A stretch of DNA of 63,786 nucleotides, filler included. It is 5 parts of 5 records of this genome, joined end to end, with 100 filler letters (N's around TTAATTAATTAA, not from the genome) between each part and the next. Parts side by side here need not be neighbours in the genome. Positions count along the whole stretch, not along the records: positions 60,126 to 63,786 come from SRR20825010_4165; 4 more parts are not named here. The stretch is one strand, 5' to 3'. Of this stretch, positions 60,298 through 63,786 are shown in pieces (the stretch's first letter is position 1; the number at the start of each line of letters is the position of its first letter). The notes under the pieces are model-generated. The model was not told where the DNA came from, searched no databases, and saw only the letters and a list, made by a program, of their open reading frames with translations. Both the position numbers and the translations under genes were made by a program.

Positions 60298-60981
60298 TCA
60301 GCGCCGCCGAATGCGCGCCATCACGCCCGCCCGTCCGCCGGGGACCAAAACCACCGTCAGCCCGAACCCGACAATGAAACCCGCAATATCCGCGATCCAG
60401 TCGTTGGTGCCGCCAAAGAAAACGCCAAAGATCAGCTGAACCGCCAACAGCATCCCGATCAGCGAAAACGCTCGGTACTGGTTCGCGCCCGCCGTCCCCA
60501 ACCGCATCCACAGCAAAAAGGTGAACCCGCCGATCAACCCGTAGACCGACGGAAACGCCCCGATCAACCACGGATCGTCGCTGATCAACCCAAAGGCCAC
60601 GGCGCCCATGATACCGGACAGGAAAAAGATCGTCACAAAGGCCACCGCACCCAGCGCCTCGGAGACAATCTTGCCCATGGCCAGCAGGATCACCATGGCA
60701 AACAGTCCATGGCTGAAACTGGCATGCAGGAACAAGTAACTGACAAAACGCACCATCAGCTCTGGCGGGGTCTGCCCGGTCTCCAGCATCCAGTCAAAGG
60801 CGCGCCCTGAAAACCCGTAGGATTCGATCATACTGGACCGCCAGCCAACCGCCGCCGGACCGCCGATAATCCCCTGCCCGCCCAGCCAGATCACCAGCTC
60901 TATCCCCGCAAGCACAAGGAACAGCGCAACCACCACCGGTGGCAGCGGGTTGATCGGGGCTTCGTTGTGGGGATGGGTCAT
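60298..60981 (-). CDS. Rhomboid-family membrane protein lacking the catalytic dyad
   Basis: [22 protein letters not shown] in place of GxSG; ADIAGF in place of AHxGG. Confidence 0.85.
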   Translation of the reverse strand: MTHPHNEAPINPLPPVVVALFLVLAGIELVIWLGGQGIIGGPAAVGWRSSMIESYGFSGRAFDWMLETGQTPPELMVRFVSYLFLHASFSHGLFAMVILLAMGKIVSEALGAVAFVTIFFLSGIMGAVAFGLISDDPWLIGAFPSVYGLIGGFTFLLWMRLGTAGANQYRAFSLIGMLLAVQLIFGVFFGGTNDWIADIAGFIVGFGLTVVLVPGGRAGVMARIRRR

Positions 60982-61061
60982 GGTCTGCCTCTTCCTTGAC
61001 GGTCCTCAGCCGCATGGGTAAGCCAGCCGCGCAGCAATATCCACACCCTTCGGGAGTTCCC

Positions 61062-62090
61062 ATGTCAGACGGCCAGCCCAACTCCGCCTTCACCCCGCGC
61101 GTTTTCTCTGGCATCCAGCCCTCCGGCGGGCTGACGCTGGGCAATTACCTTGGCGCGCTGAAACGTTTTGCCGACAGCCAGGATCAAGGCGTCCAGTCGG
61201 TCTTTTGCATGGTCGACATGCACGCGATCACGGTGTGGCAAGACCCAGAGGCACTGCGCCGCCAGACGCGGGAACTGACCGCCGGGTTCATCGCCTCGGG
61301 TGTCGATCCGGAGAAATCCATCCTCTTCAACCAGAGCCAGGTGGCCGAGCACGCGCAGCTGGCATGGATCTTCAACTGTGTCGCCCGAATGGGCTGGATG
61401 CAGCGGATGACCCAGTGGAAGGACAAGGCCGGCAAGAACACGCAGAACGCCTCACTTGGACTGCTTGCCTATCCCGCGCTGATGGCCGCCGATATCCTCG
61501 TGTACCACGCCACCCATGTGCCGGTGGGCGAGGATCAGAAACAGCACCTTGAACTGACCCGCGACATCGCGATCAAGTTCAACAACGACTACGGCGTCGA
61601 TTTCTTTCCGGTGACAGAGCCGGTGATCGAGGGGGCGGCCACGCGCGTCATGTCGCTGCGCGACGGGTCCAAGAAGATGTCGAAATCCGATCCCTCGGAC
61701 ATGAGCCGCATCAACCTGACCGATGATGCAGACACCATCGCGCAAAAGATCCGCAAGGCGCGGACCGACCCGGAACCGCTGCCCGACAACGCCGAGGGTC
61801 TGGCAGAACGCCCCGAGGCGCGGAATCTGGTGAACATCTACGCCGCTCTTGCGGATCTGACCGTCGATCAGGTCATTGCAGAACACGCCGGCCAGCAATT
61901 TGGCACCTTCAAGCCCGCGCTGGCCGATCTGGCGGTTGCCAAGCTGGAGCCGATTTCGACCGAGATGAAGCGCCTGACCGCCGATCCGGCAGAGATCGAC
62001 GCCATCCTGCGCCGCGGGTCAGAGCGCGCACGCGAAATCGCCTCCCCGATCCTGGCGAAGACCTATGAGATTGTCGGCATGGTGCGCTGA
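61062..62090 (+). CDS. trpS: Tryptophan-tRNA ligase
   Basis: [39 protein letters not shown]. Confidence 0.97.
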   Translation: MSDGQPNSAFTPRVFSGIQPSGGLTLGNYLGALKRFADSQDQGVQSVFCMVDMHAITVWQDPEALRRQTRELTAGFIASGVDPEKSILFNQSQVAEHAQLAWIFNCVARMGWMQRMTQWKDKAGKNTQNASLGLLAYPALMAADILVYHATHVPVGEDQKQHLELTRDIAIKFNNDYGVDFFPVTEPVIEGAATRVMSLRDGSKKMSKSDPSDMSRINLTDDADTIAQKIRKARTDPEPLPDNAEGLAERPEARNLVNIYAALADLTVDQVIAEHAGQQFGTFKPALADLAVAKLEPISTEMKRLTADPAEIDAILRRGSERAREIASPILAKTYEIVGMVR

Positions 62091-62123
62091 GGGTTCAATG
62101 TCTGCGCGTGTTGAACTGCCGGA

Positions 62124-62170
62124 CCGGGGCTCTGCCCCGGACCCCGGGGTATTTTTACAGAGAAGAAGCC
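62124..62170. repeat. REP-like palindromic element after trpS
   Basis: CCGGGGC-TCT-GCCCCGG, then ACCCCGGGGT, then ATTTTT..AGAAGAAGC. Confidence 0.6.
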
Positions 62171-62259
62171 AGGGCCTTGCGCAGTCCCTCTCGACCGGCC
62201 AATCCCTAACGGATCGTAAAAACGTCTCTGTAAGCCATTGATTTTTCTGACGCGGGTGC

Positions 62260-62277
62260 GTGTCCACGCGTGGACAC
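62260..62277. repeat. Perfect 18-bp palindrome
   Basis: GTGTCCACGCGTGGACAC. Confidence 0.75.
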
Positions 62278-62279
62278 CC

Positions 62280-62918
62280 TCAACGTCCGGCCGCGATCCT
62301 CGCCGCCAGCCGCAAGGCATGGGCCGGCTCCGTCGCCGCCACCGGCAGCACCGGATCATAAGCCGCCCGGATCACATCGGCGATGTCCGGACGCAGGATC
62401 ACCTGCCCGCCCCCGACCTGCGCCAGCGCCGACCGTTCAGCAAAGGCCGTGTCTGACCACAGCAGGATCGACTGCACCACCTGCCCCAGCGCCAGCGTGT
62501 CTGCGGGCAGTTTGGCCAGTTCCGCATCCATCCGAAGGAAAACAAAGCAGGCCTTGATCCCGCCATCCGCATCGAAACGGAACACCCGGTACTGGTTCGC
62601 GTTCGCCGCCTCCAGCCGGTCCACCATCGTTTCCAAGCCATCGATCATCCGACCGAGGTCCGGCACATCGAGAAGCTCTGCCCAATCGCGGCAGAAAAAC
62701 ACCATGACGTTGGCGCCCAGTTCCGGATCCGTTTCGGCCATCTGGTGCCCCGCCAGCACGCAAACCGCCTCAAACGCGCCTTTGATCACCTGCAGCGTGG
62801 TCTCTTCGACGCCAAAGACGATCGGAGACAGGGGACGGCCCCAACGCGCGCAGTGATAGCTGCCATCCGACCGCGTGAACAGTTTTTCAATGTCCTCTAG
62901 GGTCAGGTCGTGTGCCAT
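62280..62918 (-). CDS. Conserved hypothetical protein downstream of ruvB
   Basis: LFTRSDGSY.CARWGRP, DPELGAN; no family confidently recognised. Confidence 0.75.
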   Translation of the reverse strand: MAHDLTLEDIEKLFTRSDGSYHCARWGRPLSPIVFGVEETTLQVIKGAFEAVCVLAGHQMAETDPELGANVMVFFCRDWAELLDVPDLGRMIDGLETMVDRLEAANANQYRVFRFDADGGIKACFVFLRMDAELAKLPADTLALGQVVQSILLWSDTAFAERSALAQVGGGQVILRPDIADVIRAAYDPVLPVAATEPAHALRLAARIAAGR

Positions 62919-62963
62919 GCTGCTTCTTCTCACGTCAAATACTCAAATCCCACCGCCCGACGG

Positions 62964-63786
62964 TCAGTTGTCGAACAGAGTGCTCTGTCCCGGCGGCACG
63001 GGCGCGGCAAGGCCAAGGTGCGTCCACGCCTTTTGCGCCAGCATCCGCCCGCGCGGGGTACGGCTGATCAGCCCCTGCTGCAAGAGGTAGGGTTCCACCA
63101 CCTCCTCAAGCGCATCGCGGCTTTCGGACAGGGCGGCGGAGAGGGTTTCGATGCCCACAGGACCGCCGCCATAGTTCTCGGCCACCAGCGTCAGATAGCG
63201 CCGGTCCGCACCGTCGAGGCCAAGGTTGTCGACCCCTAGCCGCGTCAGCGCATTGTCGGCCAGCGCGCGGCTGACCACGCCGCCACCCTCAACGATGGCG
63301 AAATCCACCACGCGGCGCAGCAGGCGTCCCGCAATGCGGGGCGTTCCGCGTGACCGTCGTGCAATCTCTAGCGCGCCGTCGCCTTCCATCCGCACGCCCA
63401 GCTTGACCGCGTTGCCGGACACGATCGTCTCAAGCTCGGGGATGGTGTAGAAGTTCAGCCGTGTCGGGATGCCGAAACGGTCGCGCAAGGGGGTCGTCAG
63501 CAGGCCCAGCCGCGTCGTCGCACCGACCAGTGTGAAAGGCTGCAATTCGATCCGCACAGTACGCGCCGCCGGTCCCTCGCCGATCACGAGGTCGAGCTCA
63601 TAATCCTCCATCGCCGGATAGAGCACTTCCTCGACGGCGGCGTTCAGACGGTGGATTTCGTCGATGAACAACACGTCGTTGCGTTCGAGGTTGGTGAGGA
63701 TTGCCGCCAGATCGCCGGCCTTGGCCAGCACCGGACCAGAGGTCATGCGAAAGCCGACGCCCAGTTCGCGCGCCATGATCTGCGCC
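62964..63786 (-). CDS. ruvB: Holliday junction helicase RuvB, 5' truncated
   Basis: [46 protein letters not shown]. Confidence 0.97.
   Translation of the reverse strand, partial: AQIMARELGVGFRMTSGPVLAKAGDLAAILTNLERNDVLFIDEIHRLNAAVEEVLYPAMEDYELDLVIGEGPAARTVRIELQPFTLVGATTRLGLLTTPLRDRFGIPTRLNFYTIPELETIVSGNAVKLGVRMEGDGALEIARRSRGTPRIAGRLLRRVVDFAIVEGGGVVSRALADNALTRLGVDNLGLDGADRRYLTLVAENYGGGPVGIETLSAALSESRDALEEVVEPYLLQQGLISRTPRGRMLAQKAWTHLGLAAPVPPGQSTLFDN

Overview
The window is five unrelated contigs joined by artificial 100-nt spacers (N44-TTAATTAATTAA-N44 at 14811-14910, 22183-22282, 46199-46298 and 60026-60125). They come from about four organisms, so gene neighbourhoods only mean something within a segment. 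The taxonomy below is inferred from protein style and composition, not from a search. (1) 1-14810, Marinobacter-like gammaproteobacterium: a caa3-type cytochrome c oxidase cluster lacking ctaG, a MATE transporter, and a cupredoxin plus GGDEF/EAL gene pair. (2) 14911-22182, probably a similar organism: tRNA-Leu, rimP-nusA-infB-rbfA-truB-rpsO-pnp. (3) 22283-46198, Flavobacteriaceae-like: two sigma-54 two-component systems with readable promoters and enhancers, and a TolC-adaptor-ATPase operon followed by a tandem array of at least five divergent ~800-aa MacB/FtsX permeases, four of them preceded by the motif ATCAATCAAAAAA(A)C. (4) 46299-60025, alphaproteobacterium: rne, a PilZ-PhcB-like methyltransferase with a perfect CtrA box, an MMPL exporter, a second methyltransferase, pssA/psd, an ATM1-type ABC transporter, LysM, LOG and GT11. 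(5) 60126-63786, Rhodobacteraceae-like: a rhomboid lacking its catalytic dyad, trpS and ruvB. The best candidates for novel biology are the CtrA/c-di-GMP-linked PhcB-like signal synthase with its MMPL exporter, and the one-ATPase/many-permease array with its repeated leader motif and a possible antisense sRNA seed nearby.
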